A stretch of DNA of 64,000 bases from Rebecca billardiae RCC1528 (taxonomy: Eukaryota; Protista; Haptophyta): assembly GCA_965240325.2 (NCBI GenBank), contig OZ251233.1:1922001-1986000 (forward strand), read 5' to 3'. The notes below the pieces were generated by a model. The model was given only the letters and a program-made list of their open reading frames with translations, did no database searches and was not told the DNA's origin. Positions 47,160-57,481 of this stretch are shown in pieces (within the stretch, counting starts at the first letter, position 1; every line of letters begins with the position of its first letter). The position numbers and the translations under genes are program-made.

Positions 47160-49823
47160 TCACTGGCCGCCGGCCTCGACGACGGATGGCCGCCGCTGCG
47201 CGTTTCGAGCGGCGCTGGGCACCGGCGCGCCTTTCACCGGCGAGGGTAGGTGCAGCTGGAACTTGCCGCCGCCGCCGCCGCCGGGGCTCGGGCTCAGCCC
47301 GTCGCCGCCCGGACTCGCCTGCGAGCCGCGCAGCCCCGGCCGGCCCCGGCCCGAGGGCGACGCCGGGTGGCGCGGGTCGACGTGTCCGCGCGGCGTGCTC
47401 ACCTCGACCAGCCGCTGCATCGCCACGAGCGCCTCGTCGCCCGCCTCGCGCTCGGCGGCCGTGTCGCGCATCTCGCCGCCCTTGCCCGCAGACACCTGCA
47501 GAGCGCGCTTCGGGCCCGCCGCCTCGCCAGGCGTGTGCCCCCCCTTGGGCGCGGTGCGAGGCGTGCCCGACGGCGCCGCGCCGCGCGGCGCGCGCGCTAC
47601 CCTCGCGAGCGGCGCGACCGGCTGCGCCGCCGCGCCGCTGCGACGGTGGGCACGCGCGGGGGCGGGGGCGTGGCGCGCGTCAGAGGCAGCTGGCAGGCTC
47701 GGTGCTTTGGCTGGCGTGGCGCGCGGGCGCGCACGCGCGATGGCGGGCGCCTCTCGGCGCGTGCGCTCGCACCTGCTCGCTCCTGCCCCCCCCGCCGCTG
47801 CCGCGGCCGCCGCCGTCGCGGCCGCCTCCGTCGCCGCCTCCGCCTTGGCCCCGCCCGCCGCCGAGGCCGCGGCCGCGCTCGGCGGCGCCCGGCCGTCAGG
47901 TGCCCCGCCGCCGCCACCCGGCGACAGTCCCGCGCCGCCGCCGCCGCCGTGCACGTTGGGCAGCACCACCCTCGGCGGCTGCCCGTGCCCCGCCGCGCCG
48001 CCGGGCGGCGCCCCGCCGGCCTTGGCCGCCTGCGCCGCGGCCGCCTGCTCCGAGATCGCCCGGAACATGTCCGCCTTCCAGATCGCGATCTCGTCGTGCT
48101 CGGCGCCCAGCACCGCCTCGAAGATCGTCTGCGCCGAGATCACGAGCGGCTCGGCGTCGGAGCGCGCGTCGTTGTGCACGAAGTGGAGCGCGAGGTTGCC
48201 GAGGTTGCGTGCCACGCCGACGAGCAGCTCGCGCTCGCCGTCGGCCGCGCCGCCGCCGCGCGCCGCCGCCGCCGCCGCCTCGGTCGCCTCCGTCTCCGCG
48301 CGCGCGCGCGCGAGCTCGTCCGCGAGCGCGCGCTGGTCAGCGTGCTGCTGCGCGCGCAGCTGGTGCAGCTCGGGCGTGTCGTCGAGCTTGGCGAGCACGC
48401 GCGCGAGCTCCTCGCCCTTCCGATGCCGCGTCGCCGCGAGCTCGTCCCGCCGCGCCTCGGCCGCGGCCACCTCGGGCGGCTTGGCGCCGCGCAGCTCGGC
48501 CGCGGCGCGCTTGGCGCCGTCCGCGTCCGCGCGCGCCCGCCGCTCTGCGAGCGTCAGCGCGCGCGCCTCGGCCTCGAGGGCGAGGACGCGCTCGTGCTGC
48601 GGCGCGAGCTGCGCGAGCACGCCCGCCTCGAGCGCGTGCAGCGCGCCCTGCTTGCCGTCGAGCTGCGCCTGCAGGTTCGCCGAGAGCCCGCCGTAGTCGA
48701 GCGTCGCGTTCACGCGCGCGCGCACAACCACGTTCATCGCCTGCTGCCCAAACTCGAGCGAGTTGTGGGTCTCGAAGGTGTCGCGCTTGGAGGGCGCGAC
48801 GCAGACGATCAGCGTGGTCTTCGCGTTCCCGCCGATCGCATTCGACAGCAGCCGCGTCAGCTTCGACTCGCGGAACGGCGGGCGCTCGCTCTTCGAGTTC
48901 TTGGCCATCGCCTCGATGCAGCGGCCGAGTGTCGTGAGCGACTTGTTGATCGAGATCGCCTCGTCGAGGCCCTGGCCCTCGACGCCGGACTTCTTGATGC
49001 GCTCCGAGCCGGCGAGGTCGACGAGGTACAGCTTGCCCATCAGCGTGCGCGTGCCGCCGCGCCGCGTGAGCTGCAGCATCATCACGGCGTGCGAGCGCGA
49101 CGAGTCGGCGTTCATCTGCGTCGACGCGGTCGCGCGGTTGCGGTTGCCGTCCGCGAGCACGGCGCGCGCGTCGTCGGGCGAGTGCACGGGGCGCCAGCTC
49201 AGCCCGGTGGTGAAGACGCCGGTCTTCGTGTCCTCGCGGATCTGCACCTCCGCGCTCGGCTCGAGCAGGTCGTACAGCGCCTCGAGGTACACCTGCAGGT
49301 ACGCCATCTCGACCGAGTACTCGTGCTCAGCGTCCGCGCCGATGTGCGCAAAGATCTCGTCAAAGGCGCGGATCATCACGCCCGAGCCGGTGCCCGGCGC
49401 CTCGTTCGCGAGGGTGTGCGTCTTCCCCGCGCCCGTCTGCCCGTAGCACATCACGCACCCCGTGAACCCCTCGAGCACGCTCTTGATGATGCGCTCGGCG
49501 GCGGCGTCGTACACCGCCTCCTGCGTCCCGCTGGGCGGGATCACGCGGTCGAAGACGAACTGCTTGGGCGCCTTGGCCGTGGCCTTGCTAAACGAGGTGC
49601 CGTCGCCGCCCTCGTCCGCGCCGAGCGCCCACACCATGTCGCGCGCCAGGTCGGCCTGCAGCGACATGTTGTCCGCGCCGCCCTCGTCGGCGCTCAACGG
49701 CGGCCGGATGCGCACGACGACGTTGACGCGCTCCTCGTCCTTCTCCTTGGGCGAGGGCTCGGCATCGCCCTTCTTGCGCGCGCTCTTCTTCGTCAGCGTG
49801 CCCGCGCGCGCGGGCGCGCTCAT
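47160..49823 (-). CDS. N-terminal-motor kinesin with coiled coil and a KLC-type TPR; probable 135-nt intron at 47638-47772
   Basis: VVVRIRP, P-loop GQTGAGKT, switch I NADSSRSH, switch II DLAGSER, PFRESKLTRLL. ATG at 49823. Confidence 0.93.
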   Translation of the reverse strand: MSAPARAGTLTKKSARKKGDAEPSPKEKDEERVNVVVRIRPPLSADEGGADNMSLQADLARDMVWALGADEGGDGTSFSKATAKAPKQFVFDRVIPPSGTQEAVYDAAAERIIKSVLEGFTGCVMCYGQTGAGKTHTLANEAPGTGSGVMIRAFDEIFAHIGADAEHEYSVEMAYLQVYLEALYDLLEPSAEVQIREDTKTGVFTTGLSWRPVHSPDDARAVLADGNRNRATASTQMNADSSRSHAVMMLQLTRRGGTRTLMGKLYLVDLAGSERIKKSGVEGQGLDEAISINKSLTTLGRCIEAMAKNSKSERPPFRESKLTRLLSNAIGGNAKTTLIVCVAPSKRDTFETHNSLEFGQQAMNVVVRARVNATLDYGGLSANLQAQLDGKQGALHALEAGVLAQLAPQHERVLALEAEARALTLAERRARADADGAKRAAAELRGAKPPEVAAAEARRDELAATRHRKGEELARVLAKLDDTPELHQLRAQQHADQRALADELARARAETEATEAAAAAARGGGAADGERELLVGVARNLGNLALHFVHNDARSDAEPLVISAQTIFEAVLGAEHDEIAIWKADMFRAISEQAAAAQAAKAGGAPPGGAAGHGQPPRVVLPNVHGGGGGAGLSPGGGGGAPDGRAPPSAAAASAAGGAKAEAATEAAATAAAAAAAGGAGASRCERTRREAPAIARARPRATPAKAPSLPAASDARHAPAPARAHRRSGAAAQPVAPLARVARAPRGAAPSGTPRTAPKGGHTPGEAAGPKRALQVSAGKGGEMRDTAAEREAGDEALVAMQRLVEVSTPRGHVDPRHPASPSGRGRPGLRGSQASPGGDGLSPSPGGGGGGKFQLHLPSPVKGAPVPSAARNAQRRPSVVEAGGQ

Positions 49824-50230
49824 CCCACCCGCGCGGGCGACACTCGCGCCCGCCGGGCTTGGGAAGCGAGAGATGTGGCGGGGAGCGGTGGCGAGCCCCC
49901 TTCGATCGCTCGAGCAAGACTGCAAGAGCAACCCAAATTTGGATAGGATCCATAGCACGGATGACTGTTACGGGGGCCTCCATCTTGATCGCTCCTGATC
50001 AGTGGATGACACCGGACCTCTGAAACGATACGTGCTCTTGCGTCTGAGGTCATGGGCGGGTTCAAACCAGTTTCCAGGTATGGGGGTAGACCTCTCTTCG
50101 GAGAGCGTGCGATGAAGGATGGCGCGGCAACCTGCTCACCAGGACCGTGAGCCTTACGCACGTTAAAACAAATAAACTGTATCATCGTCGATCATTCGAT
50201 GACGAAGCCAGTCTCAATACAGTACTGACT

Positions 50231-52462
50231 TCACCACTGGAAGGGGATGCGCTCGCGCAGCACGCGCGCGCCGCCGTTGATCCACTCGCTGCGCTGCACC
50301 CACAGCTCGTTCATCACCTCGCTCGAAGCGACGAGCGCGCCGCCGCGCCACGCGAGGCTCGCGCCGTCCGCCTTGCACGCCTCGGGCGCGTGCAGCACCT
50401 CGACGGCCACGGCCGGCTCGGGGCCGGCGCCGGAGGCGCGCGCGGGGGCGCCCGCCAGCCGTGCCGCGATGAGCGCGCGCAGGCGCGACGCGAGGCCGGG
50501 CGTCGCGCTGCAGCTGCCGCTGAGCAGGACGCAGCCGTACAGCTTCTGCCGCAGCTCAGGCCGGCCGTGCGCGCCGACCACGCGCACGACCGCCTCGTCG
50601 ATGCCCATCGCCTGCGTGTCGCACGCGCGGCCCGTTAGCGCGGAGAGAGTGTCCTCGTCGAAGGCGCGGCGCGCGGCGGCGGTGGGCGGCGGCGGTGCGC
50701 TCGCGGCGTGCTCGGCGGCGGCGCCGCCTTCGTCCACCTCCATCGCGCCGTCGGGCACGTCCGGCGAATCGCGCTTCCGGCTGCTCTCCGGAGCGCCCGG
50801 CTTCTCCCGCGGACCCTCTGGAGGGCTCTCGCGGGCGGCCGCGGCTGCGCCCTTGGCCGCACCGCCGCCGCCGCTTTCTCGGGGCTGCTGCTGCTGCTGC
50901 TGCTGCTGCTTGGGCTTGGCGTGGTGCGAGCGCGTGTCCGCCGCAATCTCCGTCGCGATCAGGTCGTCGAGGTAGTCGGAGTGGTCCACACTCGCGTGCA
51001 TCCACGGCGGCGGCAGCTCGCGCGCGGCCGACGCGCGCGCCTTCGCGCTGGCCGCCGCGGCCGCGGACGGCAGCGCGCCCGGCGCTCCTCCCGTCGTGTC
51101 GCCCGGCAGCGGCTGCAGCGCGCACGCTCGGAGCGCGCGGTGCTCGGCCCTCTGCAGCGGCGCGCGCAGTCGCGCGTCGAGCAGGACGAGCGGCGGCGCG
51201 TGCGTCGCGAGCGCCGAGAGCTCGCACTCGCCGCCGCTCGCCGCCTCGCCTTCCGAGCGCTTACTGGCACCGGCCGCCGCCGCCGCTCCGGCGGGCGTGG
51301 GCACAAAGCGCGCGCTCGCCAGCTCCGCCTCCGAGCGCGCGCGCAGCGTGCAGCGCGAGGCGCGCACCCAGCTCAGCAGCTGCATGTGCCGGGCATCGCG
51401 CGGGTCCAGCTGCAGACCGCCGAGCTCGGAGCGCCGCGGGCCGCCGAGCGACTCGGCGCCGAGCGTCGGCGTTGGCGCGTTGGCGGCACCGGCCGGCGCG
51501 CCCGCGGCCGTGCCCGCGCGCGCCGCGCCCCCCTGCGGCTCGTCCGCAGGCGCGGCGGCGGGCGGGCTCGGGAGGAAGGCGTCGAGCCACGCGTCGTGCG
51601 CGGAGAGCTCGCCGCGCGCCTCGGCGCCGAGCAGCCACAGCAGGTACGCCTCCACGTCGCGCCCTCCGAACGGCAGGCACGCGCGCGCGCGTGGCACACA
51701 CACGCCGTCGTCGACGGCCGCGACCTCGACCGTGTCCGCCTCCACCTCGACGACGCACGCCGCGGGGAGGCCGGCGCCGAGGGCGGCGCAGACGGAGCGC
51801 ACGTGGACGGAGAGCGCGCCGAAGCCGATCTCCGCGAGCACGTCGAGCATCTCCTTCACCTCGCGCCGCTCGAACGAGTCCGGGAGCAGCAGCAGGACTC
51901 CCATCGCGCCCAGCTCGGACGCGGACAGCTCGAGCACCTCGAGCAGCGCGTGCGACCAGAGCAGCCGCAGCGAGTCGGAGAGCTCGCGCGGCGAGAACGA
52001 GCGCCCCGGCGCGCCGTTCGCGCCGACGCCCGCGGAGCCCGCGTAGTTGAAGCGGCCGCGGCGCAGCGGGAAGAGAAGGTCGTACGGAGCGTCCGCTGGG
52101 AGCCGGCGCGCGGCCTCGCCACACAGCACCCGCGCCGAGGGCGGCGGCTCGTCCGTCGGCGAGCCGCGCCCGGCGTCTGCGGCGATGGCGGGCGGTGGGA
52201 TCGCGTGCTCCGCGCCGACGAGCGCCACCGGCGAGAGCTCGCGCAGCACCGCCGCGGTCGCGCCGAGCAGCTCGGCGTGCTCGGGCTCGGACGGCGCGGG
52301 CGGCACGGCTGGCGCGCTTGCCGGCTGGGCTGCGCAGTGTGCGCCGCGGCGGTAGGCGAGCACGTGCGGCACGGCGGTGGGCACCACGTCGGTCGCACGC
52401 CCGAGCAGCAGCTGCTGCGAGCCCGGCTGGAGCACGATTACCGAGTTGGCAATGTCGCCCAT
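50231..52462 (-). CDS. ARP8: Nuclear actin-related protein ARP8 (INO80 complex), 743 aa
   Basis: N-terminal VIVLQPGSQQLLLGRATDVVP..VPHVLA, FPLRRGRFN, LLLPD.F.R.EVKEM, and C-terminal AWRGG...ELWVQRSEWINGGARVLRERIPFQW match ARP8-type motifs. Confidence 0.85.
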   Translation of the reverse strand: MGDIANSVIVLQPGSQQLLLGRATDVVPTAVPHVLAYRRGAHCAAQPASAPAVPPAPSEPEHAELLGATAAVLRELSPVALVGAEHAIPPPAIAADAGRGSPTDEPPPSARVLCGEAARRLPADAPYDLLFPLRRGRFNYAGSAGVGANGAPGRSFSPRELSDSLRLLWSHALLEVLELSASELGAMGVLLLLPDSFERREVKEMLDVLAEIGFGALSVHVRSVCAALGAGLPAACVVEVEADTVEVAAVDDGVCVPRARACLPFGGRDVEAYLLWLLGAEARGELSAHDAWLDAFLPSPPAAAPADEPQGGAARAGTAAGAPAGAANAPTPTLGAESLGGPRRSELGGLQLDPRDARHMQLLSWVRASRCTLRARSEAELASARFVPTPAGAAAAAGASKRSEGEAASGGECELSALATHAPPLVLLDARLRAPLQRAEHRALRACALQPLPGDTTGGAPGALPSAAAAASAKARASAARELPPPWMHASVDHSDYLDDLIATEIAADTRSHHAKPKQQQQQQQQPRESGGGGAAKGAAAAARESPPEGPREKPGAPESSRKRDSPDVPDGAMEVDEGGAAAEHAASAPPPPTAAARRAFDEDTLSALTGRACDTQAMGIDEAVVRVVGAHGRPELRQKLYGCVLLSGSCSATPGLASRLRALIAARLAGAPARASGAGPEPAVAVEVLHAPEACKADGASLAWRGGALVASSEVMNELWVQRSEWINGGARVLRERIPFQW

Positions 52463-53538
52463 CGCCCTCGGTCTTCCGCGCAGACCGCGCCGATCGCCGC
52501 GGCGACGACGCTGCAGAGTCCGGACAGCAGCGGCTGGCCTGCTCCGCCGCCGGGCTCGCTCGGGCTGAGGAAGGCGGGAAGCACTTGGGCACGGCCGATG
52601 TCGGGCGAGTGGTCGGCTATGGCCTCCCCGACCCGCCCGGAGCAGGCGACCCGAGCATCACCCTGCCGCTGGGACCTAATAGTTCGGTGGGCTGCACTCT
52701 GGCAGATCGGCGCGGGTGCGCAGCACGACACCGCTGCCGTGGCGCGCGCCGGACCGACGGCCTCGCGGGGCGGCGCGGTTGATGCCGCACCCTGACCCTA
52801 CGGGGCAGGACGGCCGAGCAGCATCACGGGGTATTAGGGGCAACTCTCGAGGCTGGCATGTGATGTCATCCCGACGAACGCATCCGTAGTACACTGTCTT
52901 GCCCGGCCACAGGCGCCCTGTCATCAGGCATAACAAGGTCGCATTCAGCGGCAGAGTCGGGCCCGACTCAGTCGGCGCCGGGCCCGGTTCACACGCGGTG
53001 CGGTGATCGAGCGCACGCTGACGCACGTCGGCGCGAGGTGAGTCAGAGGAATAATGGACCCCTCGCGTGTTCGGGCGGGGCAAGACACTCCTCGAGCCTC
53101 CCACATCTGAACATGCGCCAACAACTCCACTCAGTGCGGGGTGAAGTCCCACGTCGTTGCGTTCAGCTTCATTCATGATCAGGGGCGAATCACCGCTTTT
53201 CGGCTTCGCGCGCTGGGTCGCTCGGGCCTTGCTCGGGCCTGGCTGATTGAGACCCAGCCGTTTCATCTCCGCGACGTCGATTTTCTGGCGACGCCGCGGA
53301 GCGGCTGGCACTTTCCAGTAGCGGCGGCTCAGAGGCCGCCATCGTGCCGATGGCGAAGCGGCGCACGAAGCGGAACCTCGTCGAGCGAAGCCCCTCGCAC
53401 GGAGGCGCGGGGGGCGCCAATGACGGCGCGCGCGCCGCCGCCGCGAATCGGAGCGGTCCGGATGGGTCTGGGCCGGCTGTCTCGCCTGGTGCGCGCCGCG
53501 AGCGCGCCGCGCTCACCGCACGCGCGCTGCTTGTTTAC

Positions 53539-54098
53539 ACCCGGGTGGTTTTGGGCGCGACGGGCACATGTCGGGCAACAACAGCCGTATGACACACTTG
53601 GACACACTTTGACGCGTTGGGGGGGCTGGTGGGGGTCATGCTTGACACGGCCCATGTGGCACCTTTTTGGGTCTCTTTGGGTCTCGGCCGCAATCCGTCA
53701 TCGCACTCACGCCGTGCGCATCTGGCCGCTCCCGTTGCGCCCCGCCGTCCGCGCACGCCAGGCGAGCTGGTGCGTGTCCTCAGCAGTTCAACGTGCACCA
53801 GTCCCATCTACTAGAATGGGCCGGGTGGAGCCCTCATGGCAGCCTTTTCGCCAGATGAGTAGCATGCGCGCAGCGTTCACCGCGCAAGCATTGCGTTCGT
53901 TGCCACCCGGGATGGCTTGGCGGTTGCGACGGGCACATCGGTCGGGCGACAACAGCCGTATGACACACTTGGACACACTTTGACGCGCTGGGAGGGCTGG
54001 TGGGGGTCATACTTGACACGGCCCATGTGAAAGCGGCTTGGTTTTGTTTGGTTCTCGGCCGCAATCTGTCGTCTCACTCATGCGGTGCACATCTGGCC
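53539..54098. repeat. Imperfect direct repeat pair (~190 bp each; 53539-53727 and 53905-54098)
   Basis: Both copies contain ACAACAGCCGTATGACACACTTGGACACACTTTGACGCG...CTTGACACGGCCCATGTG...TCTCGGCCGCAATC...CATCTGGCC. Confidence 0.9.
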
Positions 54099-55793
54099 AG
54101 TCAAGTCGGTTGAGGTGCCCCCATCTCGGTGTGCGGAGGGCAAGTCGATGAGCAGCATTCAGCAGGTGGTGGCGCGCCTCCCCCGCACGCCGGCATAGTA
54201 ACCCCAGCCGCGCTACCCGCCGTTGGCAAGCACCCTCGCCACGAGGACTTAAACGACGACGGACGAGGACGATACTGATTACCGGCACGCGCGCGAAGAC
54301 GAGTTGGACGCTGTGACTGTGACTGGCAACAGAAGCTACTGTGACTTGCTCAGCTCGACGCCACCGTCCCGGGCGTCGTCACGTCGGCCTACGAAGTGAC
54401 ATCTCGGCCGGCGTCCCTGCGTTGGGCCTGCTGCAAGAGCCAGCGAACAGGTAGCTTAGCTGCGAGTGCCGCCGCCGCGCGGCGGTGCCTTTCTTGCGCT
54501 CTCCGCGCGGCAGTCGGAGACCATCAGCTTGGATGGGCCGGGCGAAGCCTCGTGCTCGGCACTTACGCCGCTTACGCCGCATGGGTGCCATACTCACCGT
54601 GCTCACACAGCACGGCTTGGTTATGCGTCGACACTGGTCAGTCTGAAGAGTGACGCCGGGACAGTGCCCCTATACTGCAGTGCCACTCGCAGCTGCGCGT
54701 GCTGCGGGTGCTACTGTCAGCTGAACGCGGCCTCGTGACACAGCAGGACGCACTCTGAGACTCTGAAGCATGGGAGTAGGCGAAGCTGCCAAAGCTCCAC
54801 CTATCTGCTTCTGCCGTGAACACGAGGAGCAGCCTGTGCAGCTTGGGCTCTCGACGTTCGACGTGCAACATCATGAGCATCATCATTGAAGCAAGTGCCT
54901 CACTGGCGCGGACGGGACTCACGACGATCGCGCGTTTGCACGGCCCTCGCATGGCAGCCTGACGCGACAACGTGCTGGCTATCTACTGAGCCTACTGGAG
55001 CCGTGATCGCTCGGCTCGCCGGCGCGCGTGTGTCCACAGGAGTGCTCAAGCCGGCGCAGCGGGCCGTGGTGCCGTGAGACTGAGCATACATGATGCGGCG
55101 TGAGCTGGCGTGAGGCTGTCAACATGGGTGGCATCAGCACAGGTGACAGCGCAGACAGGGACGGAACGCGTTACAGTGCGGACGGCGCCGAGGCGTAGGC
55201 GCTCGCGGGGGCGGCGACAGCGCGAGGGCAGGAGCGGGGACGGCGCAGCAGGGCCGAGGCGCCATGCTGGCTCCGGTGCGGCGGGCTTGAAACGGCCGGC
55301 CGCTTTTACTGGAAAGCGCCCGCCGCTCCGCGCCAGCGCGGAGCTCGCCAGAAAAGGCGGGGTCTCAACCCGCCAGCGCGAGGCTCTACCCGACCGGTAC
55401 CGGTATCCATAAAAATAAAAAGCCCTTGACGTTGCGAGAGTACTACTACTAAGTAAGCTGTCGATCGAAGATTCTCCTGCAACGTCAAGTTTGAAACACC
55501 GAATCCTTGTGTTTATAAATAACCAATTTTGGGGCTGTAGCGGTGTAAAACCCATGCCAAGGCATCCATTTCATGCAGGGATGAATATGGAACCGATTTT
55601 TACGGGTGACTCAATATGAGGATTACAAAACGACGGTTCAGGTTTAAGATTGGCTATCCATTATCCGTGGTATTGGGGAAAAGTGAATCGTCAAACGCGA
55701 TGACAAACACATCTTCACGTCTTCGCAACAAAACTTCGCGGCGGCGGCGCAGACGACGCATCAAGTCGATCGCTCTGCTCCGCGCTGCTCGGG

Positions 55794-57113
55794 ATGGACA
55801 CGCAGTCCTCCGCGCTACTCGTGTGCAGCGGCGCCTCCGCCGACGAGGCTGCCACCACGGAGGCCAAGATACGCGCGGCCGGATTCGCGCGGGTCGACGT
55901 CTCGTGCTCCTTCCTGTGCGCGCTCGAGGCGATCGACTCCGACGTGCGTGACAAGGGCTGCGTGGCGCACGCGCGCATCTTCTGCGACGTGGGCGCGTGG
56001 GAGGACAGCGCTGTCACCTTCTTGCGCACGCTCTTCTCGACCGGCTGGCCGGTCTCCATCGTGCTCATCGCTGAGCCTGCCGCATGCAACTCGTCGCCAA
56101 GGGCCCGAGCTGCGGCTGCGCTGCTCAGCTCCTCGACCGGCATCGACGGCATGCTCTCGCGCGACGCGAGCGCGCTCGAGTTCGCCGACCTTGCGTGGAG
56201 CGGCCTTCAAGGGACAGCCGGGCGCTCGCTCTTTGCTAGCGCCCCCGTCGGCCCCATGCTCACACGCTGCGGCTCAGACCGCAGCGAGGCCAGAATATCT
56301 CCGCGCGGCGTCGAGGGCTCCGGGGCGTTCTCGCGCGAGCGAGCTCGTCATGGGGACGTGATGCCAGGGGAGCAGATGGAGACGCATGCCATTGTGATGG
56401 GCTGTGCGCTGCTGCTCGAGCGGCTGCTCGCCGAAGGTGGCGGCGCGGACGCAGCGGTGGGGGCAGCGGCTGGCGGCGGCGGCAGCGGCATCGCGCTCAA
56501 GGCGCGATGCTCACGCTGTTCAACGGACAGCTCGTGCAACGCGTTCTTCACCTCGCGCGTCGATGATAGCCCGCGTGGCGCGCCATACCTCTCCGACGAG
56601 AGCGATGCGGAGGACGGCGGCTATTGCGAGTCGGCCCGCTCCCACGCATCCTCATCCGCCTCCTGCGCGAGTGGCAGCGACGCCTCGGCGTCCGCTGCAG
56701 ACGGCCCCACGTCTCCCTCCGCCGAGGCGGTGTACCGCTTCCTGCTCGAGCTCCAGCCTCAGCTGCAGCTTGGCAACTCGCTGCTGGTGGTCGTGGCAGT
56801 GTACTTGCAGCGGCTGTGCGCAACGCTGGGCGCAAGCTCGCTGCGCGCCCGATGGCGCGAGCACGTGGTCGGCGTGGCGTTGGTTGGGATCAAGGCGCAC
56901 TCAGACGCGCCGCCCACGCTGGGCGCACTGAGCTCGCGGCTTGCCATCTGGAACTGCGACGCACAGCAGCTGCGCCAGCTCGAGGCGACGGTGCTGCGTG
57001 GCCTCAGGTGGCACACGCTTGTGCGCGCGTCGCAGTACGAGGGCACGCGCATGCACCTACGCGTGCTGCACGAACGTAACGCGCTGCCCGCTCGCACACG
57101 GCAGCGAGCGTGA
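55794..57113 (+). CDS. Cyclin (cyclin-Y/PHO80-like box) with an N-terminal receiver-like domain, 439 aa
   Basis: C-terminal VYRFLLEL...VVVAVYLQRL...WREHVVGVALVGIKAHSD...LRQLEATVLRGLRW parallels the cyclin-Y box, with conserved K and E. The N-terminus has a REC-like beta/alpha pattern. Confidence 0.7.
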   Translation: MDTQSSALLVCSGASADEAATTEAKIRAAGFARVDVSCSFLCALEAIDSDVRDKGCVAHARIFCDVGAWEDSAVTFLRTLFSTGWPVSIVLIAEPAACNSSPRARAAAALLSSSTGIDGMLSRDASALEFADLAWSGLQGTAGRSLFASAPVGPMLTRCGSDRSEARISPRGVEGSGAFSRERARHGDVMPGEQMETHAIVMGCALLLERLLAEGGGADAAVGAAAGGGGSGIALKARCSRCSTDSSCNAFFTSRVDDSPRGAPYLSDESDAEDGGYCESARSHASSSASCASGSDASASAADGPTSPSAEAVYRFLLELQPQLQLGNSLLVVVAVYLQRLCATLGASSLRARWREHVVGVALVGIKAHSDAPPTLGALSSRLAIWNCDAQQLRQLEATVLRGLRWHTLVRASQYEGTRMHLRVLHERNALPARTRQRA

Positions 57114-57481
57114 GGCGTCATCACGCCGGAGCATCGCAATCAGTCAGCACCCGCAGCCCCGGCGCCGCGTGCCCCGCTGCTGGCTGGCTGATGCGCGATC
57201 ACGATGTCGATGACGATCGAGTAGCCTCCGTCCGTGCGGGTTGATGATGCTGCCGACAGAATGATGATACGGCCCGCTGTCGACTCGCTCTCGCGGCCCG
57301 CGGCACTGCATGGCACCGAAATCGGCGCGGGTGAGCGCGCCGGCCCGCGTATATATATATATGTATTATTCGTATATTCAATTCTAAGAGGCATAAAATA
57401 TGACCGCGTTCCGCGGTCCTTCCGTAAAACCAACGTAGTTAGGGGCCCGCGGTGCAACCTCCGTCGGCTGCTGTCTCAGTC

